From Firmicutes bacterium CAG:194 (GTDB lineage: Bacteria; Bacillota; Clostridia; Lachnospirales; Lachnospiraceae), in NCBI GenBank assembly GCA_000432915.1, contig HF995233.1, positions 100,637 through 164,636 on the forward strand: DNA of 64,000 nucleotides, written 5' to 3'. Below, in pieces: positions 20,917 to 29,525 of the stretch (within the stretch, counting starts at the first letter, position 1; each line of letters starts with the position of its first letter). The notes below the pieces were generated by a model. The model did not search any database. It was not told the DNA's origin and saw nothing but the letters and a program-made list of their open reading frames with translations. A program made the translations under genes and the position numbers.

Positions 20917-22266
20917 TTATAAATCATCCATTCTAATCAATATCAGCGTATCCAGCTCTTTTTCCAGTGCTTCCAGCTTTGCATCAAAACTGTGCCCGGA
21001 AAACAGATACATATAATCCGGCCGGATCCCCGCCTGCCCTGTCAGAGCCTTTGCCTGCAAGTATTTTTCATACAAAAAGACCGGATCCTTATAATCCGCA
21101 AATGCCACAATATATCGTCCGGATTCATTATGCCCGATATAGTCGATCGATCCTGCTTTTCCTGCAAAACTGCCAAACTCTGTGATTTCAATCGGAAGCG
21201 AATGCCTTGCGTTTTCCCTCTGCATATATTCCTGACATACTTTAGAAAAGCAGCTTTCACAATAAATCGTCAATGCCGGCTCTACCAGCTGTTCATAATA
21301 TGCCAGGGGTGTCATCCGCAAAAGCAGACTGCTGTCCGCATACAGAAAACAAAACCAGAAACGTACCAGAGGATGCGAAATACGATAAACAGCCTTACGT
21401 TGATTATCGCGGCCGGGTGTATCCAGGGAAAACACCTTTTCCACCAGCTCCAGCTCCATAAGATTTTTCAAATATACACTGATCTTCGCCCTTGAAAATC
21501 CTGTGTGCTGATATAATTCATTTAATTTATTTTTGCCCTGTGCCAAGGCACCTAAAATCGAAAAGTAGACACCGCATTCCCGAAGCTGTCTGCTGACAAT
21601 ATGCGCTCCTTCTTCCCGTAGTCTTCCACCTGGGGAAAGAAGAACCCTGCAAATATTTTCCGAAACAGAAACAGTAGGATCAAACGCCTGCCATAGTCCG
21701 GGCAGACCACCTAAAATGGCGTAAACCTTCACACAGTCTTCCCGGGAATAGTCCGGGAAATATGCTGCAACATCCCAAAGCTGCAATTCCTTCAATTTTA
21801 AGAAGCCGGTCAGCTTATGTGCCAGTTTTCCCAGTTTTGCAACCATATGATTTTCCACAAAAGAAATAGAGGAACTGCATAATAGCACCATACAGGGGTC
21901 TGTTTTATTCTGAAGAAATGAATCAAGAGCCTGTACAAAACCATTTCCGGTCTTGAGCAGATACTGAAACTCATCTATTACCAGCAGTTTCCGATCCAGA
22001 CACTGAAAAACTTCCTCATAAGTCGGATATAATGGCAGTGAAAAGCCAATCCGCTGCAGCTGTCTGCCAAGCAGATAAAGCTGTTGTCTCTCACTGCCTT
22101 CTTCAGCCTGATAGTAAAAGGCCTTTTTGTCTTCCGTAAAAGCAGCCAGAAGTGCAGTTTTCCCAACATCCTTCTGTCCATACAAAACAAGCAGCCTGTC
22201 AGAACCGCTTTGGTATTCTTTATTCAGATATGCAAGTTCGCGTTCTCTTCCTTTCAGCATATGCAT
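20917..22266 (-). CDS. AAA+/archaeal-type ATPase with a DUF234-like C-terminal region
   Basis: LVLYGQKDVGKTALLAAF Walker A and LLVIDEFQYL Walker B. It sits 2 nt upstream of topB. Confidence 0.6.
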   Translation of the reverse strand: MHMLKGRERELAYLNKEYQSGSDRLLVLYGQKDVGKTALLAAFTEDKKAFYYQAEEGSERQQLYLLGRQLQRIGFSLPLYPTYEEVFQCLDRKLLVIDEFQYLLKTGNGFVQALDSFLQNKTDPCMVLLCSSSISFVENHMVAKLGKLAHKLTGFLKLKELQLWDVAAYFPDYSREDCVKVYAILGGLPGLWQAFDPTVSVSENICRVLLSPGGRLREEGAHIVSRQLRECGVYFSILGALAQGKNKLNELYQHTGFSRAKISVYLKNLMELELVEKVFSLDTPGRDNQRKAVYRISHPLVRFWFCFLYADSSLLLRMTPLAYYEQLVEPALTIYCESCFSKVCQEYMQRENARHSLPIEITEFGSFAGKAGSIDYIGHNESGRYIVAFADYKDPVFLYEKYLQAKALTGQAGIRPDYMYLFSGHSFDAKLEALEKELDTLILIRMDDL

Positions 22267-22270
22267 CCTC

Positions 22271-24007
22271 TCATTTTTTTATGGAAGAAAGTATTTTTTC
22301 AACGCCTTCTGCTGGCATAGGCTTGCCAAGCAGAAATCCCTGTATGTTATCACAGTTGACTGCCTTCAGATAATCATACTGCTCCTGTGTCTCCACACCT
22401 TCCGCCACTGTTTCACAGCCAAGCTTCTTTACCATCGCAATAATGGATTCTGTAATTACACGCGTCGGGTGATCATTGATAACTGTATCAATAAAAGACT
22501 TATCGATTTTTAATGTATCGATAGGAAGCCCCTTCAGATAAGAAAGAGAAGAAAAGCCGGTTCCAAAGTCATCTAAGGAAATTTTAATTCCATATTCCTT
22601 CAGGGTATTCAGCTTATCCACCACTGAATTAAAATCTTCGATCAGTACGCTTTCCGTTATTTCCAATTCGATCAGAGCAGGATCAACCTGATACTTTTCA
22701 ATCAACACCAGCAGATGATGCACAAAATCCGCTTTTTTATATTGCAGTGCTGAGATATTTAAAGACAATACCATCGGATATCCATATTTCCGATACCAGT
22801 CTGCGTAGACCCGGATACCTTCCTCGAGTACCCAGTTACCGATTTGAACGATCAATCCGTCTTTTTCCGCAAGCGGAATGAAAACTGCCGGGCTGACAAA
22901 TTTGCCATCCTGTCCGCGCCAGCGGATCAATGCCTCTACGCCACGCAGTTTTTTGGAACCTGCATCATACTGCGGCTGATAATACAATTCAAATGCATGA
23001 TCCTCAATTGCTTCTTTCAGTTTATTCTCGATCTGGATGTTTTCAATAAAATCCGTCAGAATGGGAGCTTCAAAATAGGCAATGCTGTTTGTTCCGGACT
23101 CTTTTTTCTGCGACTGTACGATTTCCGCACAATTGATGATCTCCAAAGAATTTCTGGCCGATTCCGGATAATTGGCAACACCGATACTGACTGTGATTTT
23201 CTGTTCAATGTTTCCCATCATCTGAAACGGCTGTTCCGTTCTCTGGCCTATTTTCCTGTATACAGCATCAACATTGTGATTTCCGTACGGATTATAAATA
23301 GCAAGATAATAGATATCATCATTAAAATGGGATACTATGATATCCTCGCTTTGCAGATCCCGTAAAAAAAGCCCAAATGCCTGCAGAATCTCATCCCCTG
23401 CAATCATTCCCATGGAATCATTGATCCGTTTGAAATCATCCATCCGGATGCAGAGCACGTCGATCGTTGCTTTTTCAGTCTGGGCTTTCCGAACCCATTC
23501 ACTGAGTATCCTGACAAAATAATTCCGGTTGTACAAACCTGTCAAAGAATCATAATACGCCATATATTTGAGTTCTTCCGTCTGTTTCTTCCGTTTTGTC
23601 ACATCCCGGATTCTGATGATTTTTTCACTTGGCTCATCCGTTTCGCTGTAAGTGACCGTTACCTCAAATTCAAGCCACTTCTTATCCTGCATCTCACATT
23701 CCACGATCTGCGACTCTTTGTGCTTATTTTCACAGAAAAGAGCTTCTTCCAGTTCAGAAATATACTCTGCCTTTGCGCAGTTGATCAGCTTATGCAGATC
23801 TGAAGCGGAACGGATCGGAAAATCAAAATAATGCTGCCACAATCCAAGCATTTCAAAGCGGTCTTCGGAAAATATGTAATATAAAAAGGCATTGGAAGAT
23901 GTTCCGCAGATCATGCGGAACATCTTTTCATTGCCCATTAGCTTTTGATTCATTGCAGTCAGAAGATCCAACTGATAATGCATCTCATTCATTCTTATAC
24001 ACCCCAA
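22271..24007 (-). CDS. c-di-GMP signalling protein: PAS-like sensor, degenerate GGDEF domain and an EAL phosphodiesterase domain
   Basis: YDSLTGLYNRNYF GGDEF-domain start. The GGDEF motif position reads NDDIY. EAL region AFELYYQPQYD...DDFGTGFSSLSYL. Confidence 0.8.
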   Translation of the reverse strand: MGCIRMNEMHYQLDLLTAMNQKLMGNEKMFRMICGTSSNAFLYYIFSEDRFEMLGLWQHYFDFPIRSASDLHKLINCAKAEYISELEEALFCENKHKESQIVECEMQDKKWLEFEVTVTYSETDEPSEKIIRIRDVTKRKKQTEELKYMAYYDSLTGLYNRNYFVRILSEWVRKAQTEKATIDVLCIRMDDFKRINDSMGMIAGDEILQAFGLFLRDLQSEDIIVSHFNDDIYYLAIYNPYGNHNVDAVYRKIGQRTEQPFQMMGNIEQKITVSIGVANYPESARNSLEIINCAEIVQSQKKESGTNSIAYFEAPILTDFIENIQIENKLKEAIEDHAFELYYQPQYDAGSKKLRGVEALIRWRGQDGKFVSPAVFIPLAEKDGLIVQIGNWVLEEGIRVYADWYRKYGYPMVLSLNISALQYKKADFVHHLLVLIEKYQVDPALIELEITESVLIEDFNSVVDKLNTLKEYGIKISLDDFGTGFSSLSYLKGLPIDTLKIDKSFIDTVINDHPTRVITESIIAMVKKLGCETVAEGVETQEQYDYLKAVNCDNIQGFLLGKPMPAEGVEKILSSIKK

Positions 24008-24024
24008 ATATACTGCAGCGCAGC

Positions 24025-25110
24025 TTATTTTTTCGTGATAAATCCCTTTGCTTTTAACAGCTCAGCGCAAAGCACAGCCCCACCTGCCGCTCCACGTACT
24101 GTGTTATGAGAAAGGCCAACGAATTTGTAATCATAAATGCTGTCTTCACGGATACGTCCGATAGAAATTCCCATTCCGTTTTCATAATTGACATCTTCTG
24201 TTACCTGTGGTCTGTTATCTTCTGTCATGTAACGCATAAACTGCTTTGGAGCGCTTGGCAGCTTGAGTGCCTGCGGAGCACCGCTGTAGCTTTCAAGCTT
24301 TTCGATCAGCTGTTCTTTCGTTGGTTTCTTTTTGAATTTTACAAATACAGCTGCTGTATGACCGTTGAGTACAGGGACACGGATACACTGACATGTGATC
24401 TTTGGCTCTTCTGCCTTTACGATCACACCGTTTTCTACTTTACCGAATACACGAAGCGGTTCCTGTTCACTCTTTTCTTCCTCTCCACCGATGTAAGGGA
24501 TGATATTGCCAACCATTTCAGGCCAGTCTTTAAAGGTCTTACCTGCACCTGAGATTGCCTGGTATGTTGTAGCAACTACTTCATATGGCTCGAACTCTCT
24601 CCATGCATATAAAACCGGAGCGTAGCTCTGGATAGAGCAGTTTGGTTTTACGGCGATGAAGCCCTTTGTTGTACCGAGTCTCTTCTTCTGGAACTCGATC
24701 ACATCTGTATGGTTATCATTGATCTCCGGAATGATCATCGGAACATCCGGTGTCCATCTGTGTGCGGAGTTGTTGGAAACAACAGGTGTTTCTGTCTTGG
24801 CATATGCCTCTTCGATCGCACGGATCTCATCCTTGGACATATCAACTGCGGAAAACACAAAATCAACCTGAGAAGCAACTGCCTCTACTTCATTTACATT
24901 CATAACAACAATATCTTTTACGTTTTCAGGCATTGGTGTATCCATTTTCCATCTGTCACCGACAGCTTCCACATATTTCTTACCTGCAGAACGTGGGCTT
25001 GCTGCAATTGTTGTTACCTCAAACCATGGATGATTCTCGAGCAACGAAATAAAACGCTGTCCTACCATACCTGTTCCACCTAAGATACCGACTTTTAACT
25101 TATCACTCAT
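24025..25110 (-). CDS. asd: Aspartate-semialdehyde dehydrogenase
   Basis: KVGILGGTGMVGQRF Rossmann motif. GAGGAG RBS before the ATG at 25110. Confidence 0.85.
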   Translation of the reverse strand: MSDKLKVGILGGTGMVGQRFISLLENHPWFEVTTIAASPRSAGKKYVEAVGDRWKMDTPMPENVKDIVVMNVNEVEAVASQVDFVFSAVDMSKDEIRAIEEAYAKTETPVVSNNSAHRWTPDVPMIIPEINDNHTDVIEFQKKRLGTTKGFIAVKPNCSIQSYAPVLYAWREFEPYEVVATTYQAISGAGKTFKDWPEMVGNIIPYIGGEEEKSEQEPLRVFGKVENGVIVKAEEPKITCQCIRVPVLNGHTAAVFVKFKKKPTKEQLIEKLESYSGAPQALKLPSAPKQFMRYMTEDNRPQVTEDVNYENGMGISIGRIREDSIYDYKFVGLSHNTVRGAAGGAVLCAELLKAKGFITKK

Positions 25111-25172
25111 TTTTCTTCTCCTCGTATTTTTTATTATCACCGGCCTGTGACCGGGAATTCACTGTTTCGTTT

Positions 25173-26549
25173 CTATTCTTTAAGATATGCCTCATATGCT
25201 GCGATTGCCTGCTCCATGGAAGTCTTGCTCGGTGCACCGATCGTCAGTCTCTTTTCCACACATGTCTTTAAAGAAATCGCATCGTAAATGTCCGGCTCAA
25301 ACACATCACTGATTTCTTTGAGCTCTTCAATGCTCATTTCATCAATGGCTTTTCCCTTTTCGATACAGGTCAGCACAAGATGTCCGATGATCGAATGGGC
25401 ATCACGGAACGGAACTCCGTGTTTTACCAGATAATCAGCTGCATCCGTCGCATTGGTAAAGCCATGCATTGCACTTTTTTCCATAATATCTTTATTGAAT
25501 TTCATTGTACGGATCATGCCTGTGAAAAGTGCCAGACAGCCTTTCACGGTATCAATCGCATCAAAGGTCAGTTCCTTGTCTTCCTGCATATCTTTATTAT
25601 AGGCAAGCGGAATACCTTTCATTGTTGTCAGAAGTGACATCAGTGCGCCATAAACGCGTCCCGTCTTTCCGCGGACCAGCTCGGCAATATCCGGATTCTT
25701 TTTTTGCGGCATAATGCTGCTTCCGGTCGAATAGGCATCATCGATCTCTATAAATTTATATTCATTGGAGTTCCAGATAATAATCTCTTCCGAAAAACGG
25801 CTCAGATGCATCATGATCGTGGAAAGTGCACTTAAAAACTCAATCAGATAATCTCTGTCAGCCACAGAATCCATACTGTTCAGTGTCGGGCCTTCAAAGC
25901 CGAGCAATGAGGCAGTATACTCTCTGTCGAGCGGATAGGTTGTCCCGGCAAGTGCGCCGCTTCCGAGCGGACAATAATTCATTCTTTTATAAATATCTGC
26001 CATACGGCTTCTGTCACGCTTGAACATTTCAAAATAAGCACCCATATGATGTGCCAGTGTGATCGGCTGTGCTTTCTGCAGATGGGTAAAGCCCGGCATA
26101 TAAGTCTCTGTGTTTTCCTTCATAATAATAAGGAGCTCTGCAAGAAGATCTTTTAAAAGATCATCGACATTAGGAATTTCATCTCTCGTATAGAGCTTCA
26201 TATCCAGTGCAACCTGATCGTTTCTGCTTCTGCCTGTATGCAGCTTCTTCCCTGCATCTCCGATCCGGTCGATCAGATTTGCCTCCACAAAGCTGTGGAT
26301 ATCTTCATAGGCACTTGTGATCTGCAGCTTCCCTGCATCCACATCTTCCCGGATCCCGGTCAGCCCCTTTACGATCGCATCCTTTTCTTCTTCTGTCAAT
26401 ATCTTCTGCTTTGCAAGCATTACGGTATGTGCAATGCTGCCCTCTATATCCTGATGAAAAAACTTCTGATCGAATGAGATCGATGCATTAAAATTGTATA
26501 CAAGCTGATCTGTATCCTTTGTAAAGCGACCGCCCCAAAGCTGTGCCAT
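25173..26549 (-). CDS. argH: Argininosuccinate lyase
   Basis: [28 protein letters not shown] and the fumarate-lyase signature. GGAGG RBS. Confidence 0.95.
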   Translation of the reverse strand: MAQLWGGRFTKDTDQLVYNFNASISFDQKFFHQDIEGSIAHTVMLAKQKILTEEEKDAIVKGLTGIREDVDAGKLQITSAYEDIHSFVEANLIDRIGDAGKKLHTGRSRNDQVALDMKLYTRDEIPNVDDLLKDLLAELLIIMKENTETYMPGFTHLQKAQPITLAHHMGAYFEMFKRDRSRMADIYKRMNYCPLGSGALAGTTYPLDREYTASLLGFEGPTLNSMDSVADRDYLIEFLSALSTIMMHLSRFSEEIIIWNSNEYKFIEIDDAYSTGSSIMPQKKNPDIAELVRGKTGRVYGALMSLLTTMKGIPLAYNKDMQEDKELTFDAIDTVKGCLALFTGMIRTMKFNKDIMEKSAMHGFTNATDAADYLVKHGVPFRDAHSIIGHLVLTCIEKGKAIDEMSIEELKEISDVFEPDIYDAISLKTCVEKRLTIGAPSKTSMEQAIAAYEAYLKE

Positions 26550-26572
26550 TTGTCTTACCTCCGTATTTCCTG

Positions 26573-26592
26573 TATGAATGTAAAATTCAAAT
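26573..26592. promoter_or_regulatory. Putative ArgR/AhrC operator (ARG box-like) upstream of argH
   Basis: TATGAATGTAAAATTCAAAT resembles TnTGAATwwwwATTCAnw. It lies 25-45 nt upstream of the argH start. Confidence 0.3.
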
Positions 26593-26724
26593 TTAATTTT
26601 AATCAAAAATGACTTTGTTTGCAATACCTTTCTGTGCTTTTGGGCAGAATAATTCTTTTTCCGCACTCACCTTTCCTGCTTTGCACACATATCCTAATAA
26701 AAAAGAAGTGGCAGGATCTGTGTC

Positions 26725-27483
26725 TTGTTATTATTGGAATGCAACGATCTATCTTTTTCCTATCACACTCATACGGGAGAAATTTCTGTCATAAAGTCTG
26801 TCAGCTTCCGGATCCATAAAGGAGAATTTGTCTCCATTGTAGGTCCAAGCGGTTGTGGAAAATCCACTTTACTTGGTCTGTTAACCGGCATTTTAAGTCC
26901 GGAGGAAGGTAGTATCAAAATTCACTATAAGCAAAAGGGAACTCAGTCCTTTTACGGGTATATGCTGCAGCAGGATCACCTGCTTGAATGGTATGATATC
27001 TGGGATAATGTCTGTCTTGGGCCAAAGATCAATCATTGTCTGGACAATGCATGCAAGGAATATCTTCACACCCTGCTTACACGTTATCAGCTTGATTCCT
27101 TTGCTCATAAAAAACCATCCCAGTTATCCGGCGGTATGCGCCAACGTGCAGCGCTGATCCGCACGATTGCCATGAAACCCGAGCTCTTATATCTGGATGA
27201 ACCATTCAGTGCACTGGATTACCAGAGCCGTCTGAATGCAGCAGACGATATCGGAAAAATCATACAAAAGGAAGGAAAAACAGCTGTTCTTGTTACCCAT
27301 GACATCGGAGAAGCCATCAGTCTGTCCAGCCGTGTCCTCGTTCTGAGCAAGCGGCCGGCAACGATCGTAAAGGAATTTGTTCTGCCATTCCAAAATACAG
27401 GCCTCTCCTCTCTGGAAATACGGAACCTGCCCGAATTTTCCACTTATTTCAATCTTATATGGAAGGAGCTTAATACAACATGA
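26725..27483 (+). CDS. ABC transporter ATP-binding protein (NitT/TauT / SsuB-like)
   Basis: GPSGCGKST Walker A, LSGGMRQRAALIRT signature and LYLDEPFSALD. Confidence 0.85.
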   Translation: MLLLECNDLSFSYHTHTGEISVIKSVSFRIHKGEFVSIVGPSGCGKSTLLGLLTGILSPEEGSIKIHYKQKGTQSFYGYMLQQDHLLEWYDIWDNVCLGPKINHCLDNACKEYLHTLLTRYQLDSFAHKKPSQLSGGMRQRAALIRTIAMKPELLYLDEPFSALDYQSRLNAADDIGKIIQKEGKTAVLVTHDIGEAISLSSRVLVLSKRPATIVKEFVLPFQNTGLSSLEIRNLPEFSTYFNLIWKELNTT

Positions 27484-28268
27484 GCCAAAACCAGCTTCTC
27501 TTTTTACAGGTCGAAAAAAAGAGGAAGCTCCTGATCCGCATTTCGCGTATTCTTGTGTTGCTTGGTTTTCTTGCAATATGGGAAATCACCGCAAGATGTG
27601 GTCTTATCGATGTCTTTTTTTACAGTTGCCCGACAAGGGTCGCAAGGTGCTTTCTGGAAATGACAAAAAATAATCAGTTATTTATGCATATTGGTGTGAG
27701 CTTATATGAAACAATCCTGAGCTTTTTCATTATCATGATCGGATCTGTACTGGTCGCCTCACTGCTCTGGCGTTTTCAGACAATGTCCAGTGTTGTGGAA
27801 CCGGTTTTTGTACTTCTCAATTCCCTGCCAAAGTCAGCACTTGCACCACTCATCATCGTCTGGCTCGGAACAGGGATCCGCACAATCGTGATCGCGGGAA
27901 TTTCCGTTGCAATTTTCGGCTGTATCATCAATTTGTATACCTGCTTTAAAAATACCGATTCTGAAAAACAAAAGTTGATCCGTATTCTGGGTGGAAAAAA
28001 AAGACATATCTTCTTTATGGTCGTTCTGCCAGCCGCCCGCGAAACAATTCTGAGCAACATGAAGGTCAATATCGGGCTTGCGCTTGTAGGTGTTATGATT
28101 GGGGAATTTTTAGCTGCCAGACAGGGACTGGGATATCTGATCATTTATGCCAGCCAGGTTTTTAAGCTCGACTGGCTGATCCTGTGTATTCTGATTCTCT
28201 GTTTCATAGCCGTCTGTCTGTACAGCCTGATCCAGATGATTGAACGCCGGCTCAGTGTGAAGATATAA
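27480..28268 (+). CDS. ABC transporter permease (SsuC/TauC-like, BPD_transp_1)
   Basis: Six TM segments. Translationally coupled to the upstream ATPase by an ATGA overlap. Confidence 0.8.
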   Translation: MSQNQLLFLQVEKKRKLLIRISRILVLLGFLAIWEITARCGLIDVFFYSCPTRVARCFLEMTKNNQLFMHIGVSLYETILSFFIIMIGSVLVASLLWRFQTMSSVVEPVFVLLNSLPKSALAPLIIVWLGTGIRTIVIAGISVAIFGCIINLYTCFKNTDSEKQKLIRILGGKKRHIFFMVVLPAARETILSNMKVNIGLALVGVMIGEFLAARQGLGYLIIYASQVFKLDWLILCILILCFIAVCLYSLIQMIERRLSVKI

Positions 28269-28287
28269 ACAATATCAGCTGTATGAC

Positions 28288-28376
28288 GCAGAGAAGAGCT
28301 ATACTCTGCAAATCCCACTCTGATCAGAGGTTGTCATATGCACCACATAAATGCGTGCATTTTCCTCGTCGCCATA
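28288..28376 (+). ncRNA. Conserved structured ~90-nt 3'-UTR element, copy 1 (candidate sRNA or cis element); function unknown
   Basis: About 80% identical, with no gaps, to 48656-48743. Hairpin CAGAG-N10-CTCTG, the CTCTGATCAGAGG motif, and hairpin AAATGCAC-N11-GTGCATTT. It starts 20 nt after the permease stop. Confidence 0.4.
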
Positions 28377-28420
28377 CAAAAAAACCTCAGACATGCGAAC
28401 ATGACTGAGGCTACATAAAA

Positions 28421-28493
28421 AGCTGAAAATGGGACTCGAACCCACGACCCCTTCATTACGAGTGAAGTGCTCTACCAACTGAGCTATTTCAGC
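28421..28493 (-). tRNA. tRNA-Thr (anticodon CGT)
   Basis: Cloverleaf GCTGAAATAGCTCAGTTGGTAGAGCACTTCACTCGTAATGAAGGGGTCGTGGGTTCGAGTCCCATTTTCAGCT. A terminator hairpin CCTCAG...CTGAGG plus T7 follows on the minus strand (28388-28409). Confidence 0.9.
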
Positions 28494-28567
28494 ATACATC
28501 CTGTAAACTTACGCTTACAAAAATGTATTATATCGAAAACGGAAGCAGAATGCAACTGTTTTCTTTT

Positions 28568-29497
28568 TTATTTCTCCAATTCCCGATCAACATGCACATC
28601 CAGCTGATTAAACGGTATTTCAATGCCGTTCGCATCATAAGCAAGCTTCACTTTTTCCAACAGCCTGCCACGCGCCGGCCAGTAATCCTCATTTTTAACA
28701 TAGCAGCGCACGATCAGCTCTACTGCTGAATCACCGAGGTTATTGACAAAGACATCTTTTTCCTTCTCTTTCAGACAGGCAGTATCCGCTGTAAGCTCCT
28801 GCATGGCGATCTCTTTTGCTTTTTTCAGATCTGCCGTATAGGAAATACCGACCGAAAGATCCAGGCGGCGGATATCTGTTGCAGTCACATTGGTCAGGGA
28901 TGTATTGGCAAGTGTGCCATTCGGCAGAATGATCACTTTATCATCCGGTGTCAACAGCTTCGTGTAAAAAAGCTGGATTTCCTTAACGGTTCCTTCATTT
29001 CCTTTATTGTCTTCAATGATGTAATCCCCAACGCGGAATGGTTTTAATAACAGGATCAGCACACCACCTGCAAAGTTGGAAAGACTTCCCTGCAGGGCAA
29101 GACCAAGTGCCACACCGGCAGAACCGACCACTGCCACAACACTGGTTGCATCCAGTCCAAAACCCGATGCGATCAAAAACAAAAGAATCATATACAGGAT
29201 TGCCTTGATCAGCGAATCCAGAAACTGGATCACACCAAGATCAGCATTTGCACGTTTCAGGGACTTCTTGACAATACGGCGGATCAGTTTGATCACCTGC
29301 ACACCAACGAAGAAAAAAACAAGCGCAAGTACTACACGGATTCCCAGGTTCAATGCTTTCTGCGGCAGTTCATTCAAATACCGCTCAACAAAACCGATCT
29401 TTTCCGTTACATCTGTCGGAACAGCATCACCTACGGCATTTGTCACATCTGCAACCGCATTGTCCATCACTTCTGTTACTGCATCATTCATTTTCAT
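28568..29497 (-). CDS. mscS: Mechanosensitive channel, MscS family
   Basis: TM segments followed by the MscS beta domain: ANTSLTNVTATD...IPFNQL. Confidence 0.85.
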   Translation of the reverse strand: MKMNDAVTEVMDNAVADVTNAVGDAVPTDVTEKIGFVERYLNELPQKALNLGIRVVLALVFFFVGVQVIKLIRRIVKKSLKRANADLGVIQFLDSLIKAILYMILLFLIASGFGLDATSVVAVVGSAGVALGLALQGSLSNFAGGVLILLLKPFRVGDYIIEDNKGNEGTVKEIQLFYTKLLTPDDKVIILPNGTLANTSLTNVTATDIRRLDLSVGISYTADLKKAKEIAMQELTADTACLKEKEKDVFVNNLGDSAVELIVRCYVKNEDYWPARGRLLEKVKLAYDANGIEIPFNQLDVHVDRELEK

Positions 29498-29525
29498 TAC
29501 CTCTGTTATTTTCTACCATGGCATT

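Noticed and set aside
28317-28329. CUGAUCAG-containing motif as a possible hammerhead ribozyme core
   Set aside because: It lacks the CUGAUGA...GAAA conserved core and the three-stem architecture.
28299-28499. Minus-strand ORF (66 aa) sharing the peptide YGDEENARIYVVH with the ORF at 48557-48790
   Set aside because: It overlaps tRNA-Thr and the repeated 3'-UTR element. The shared peptide is produced by the repeated nucleotide sequence, and differences between the copies are mostly non-synonymous. There is no RBS.
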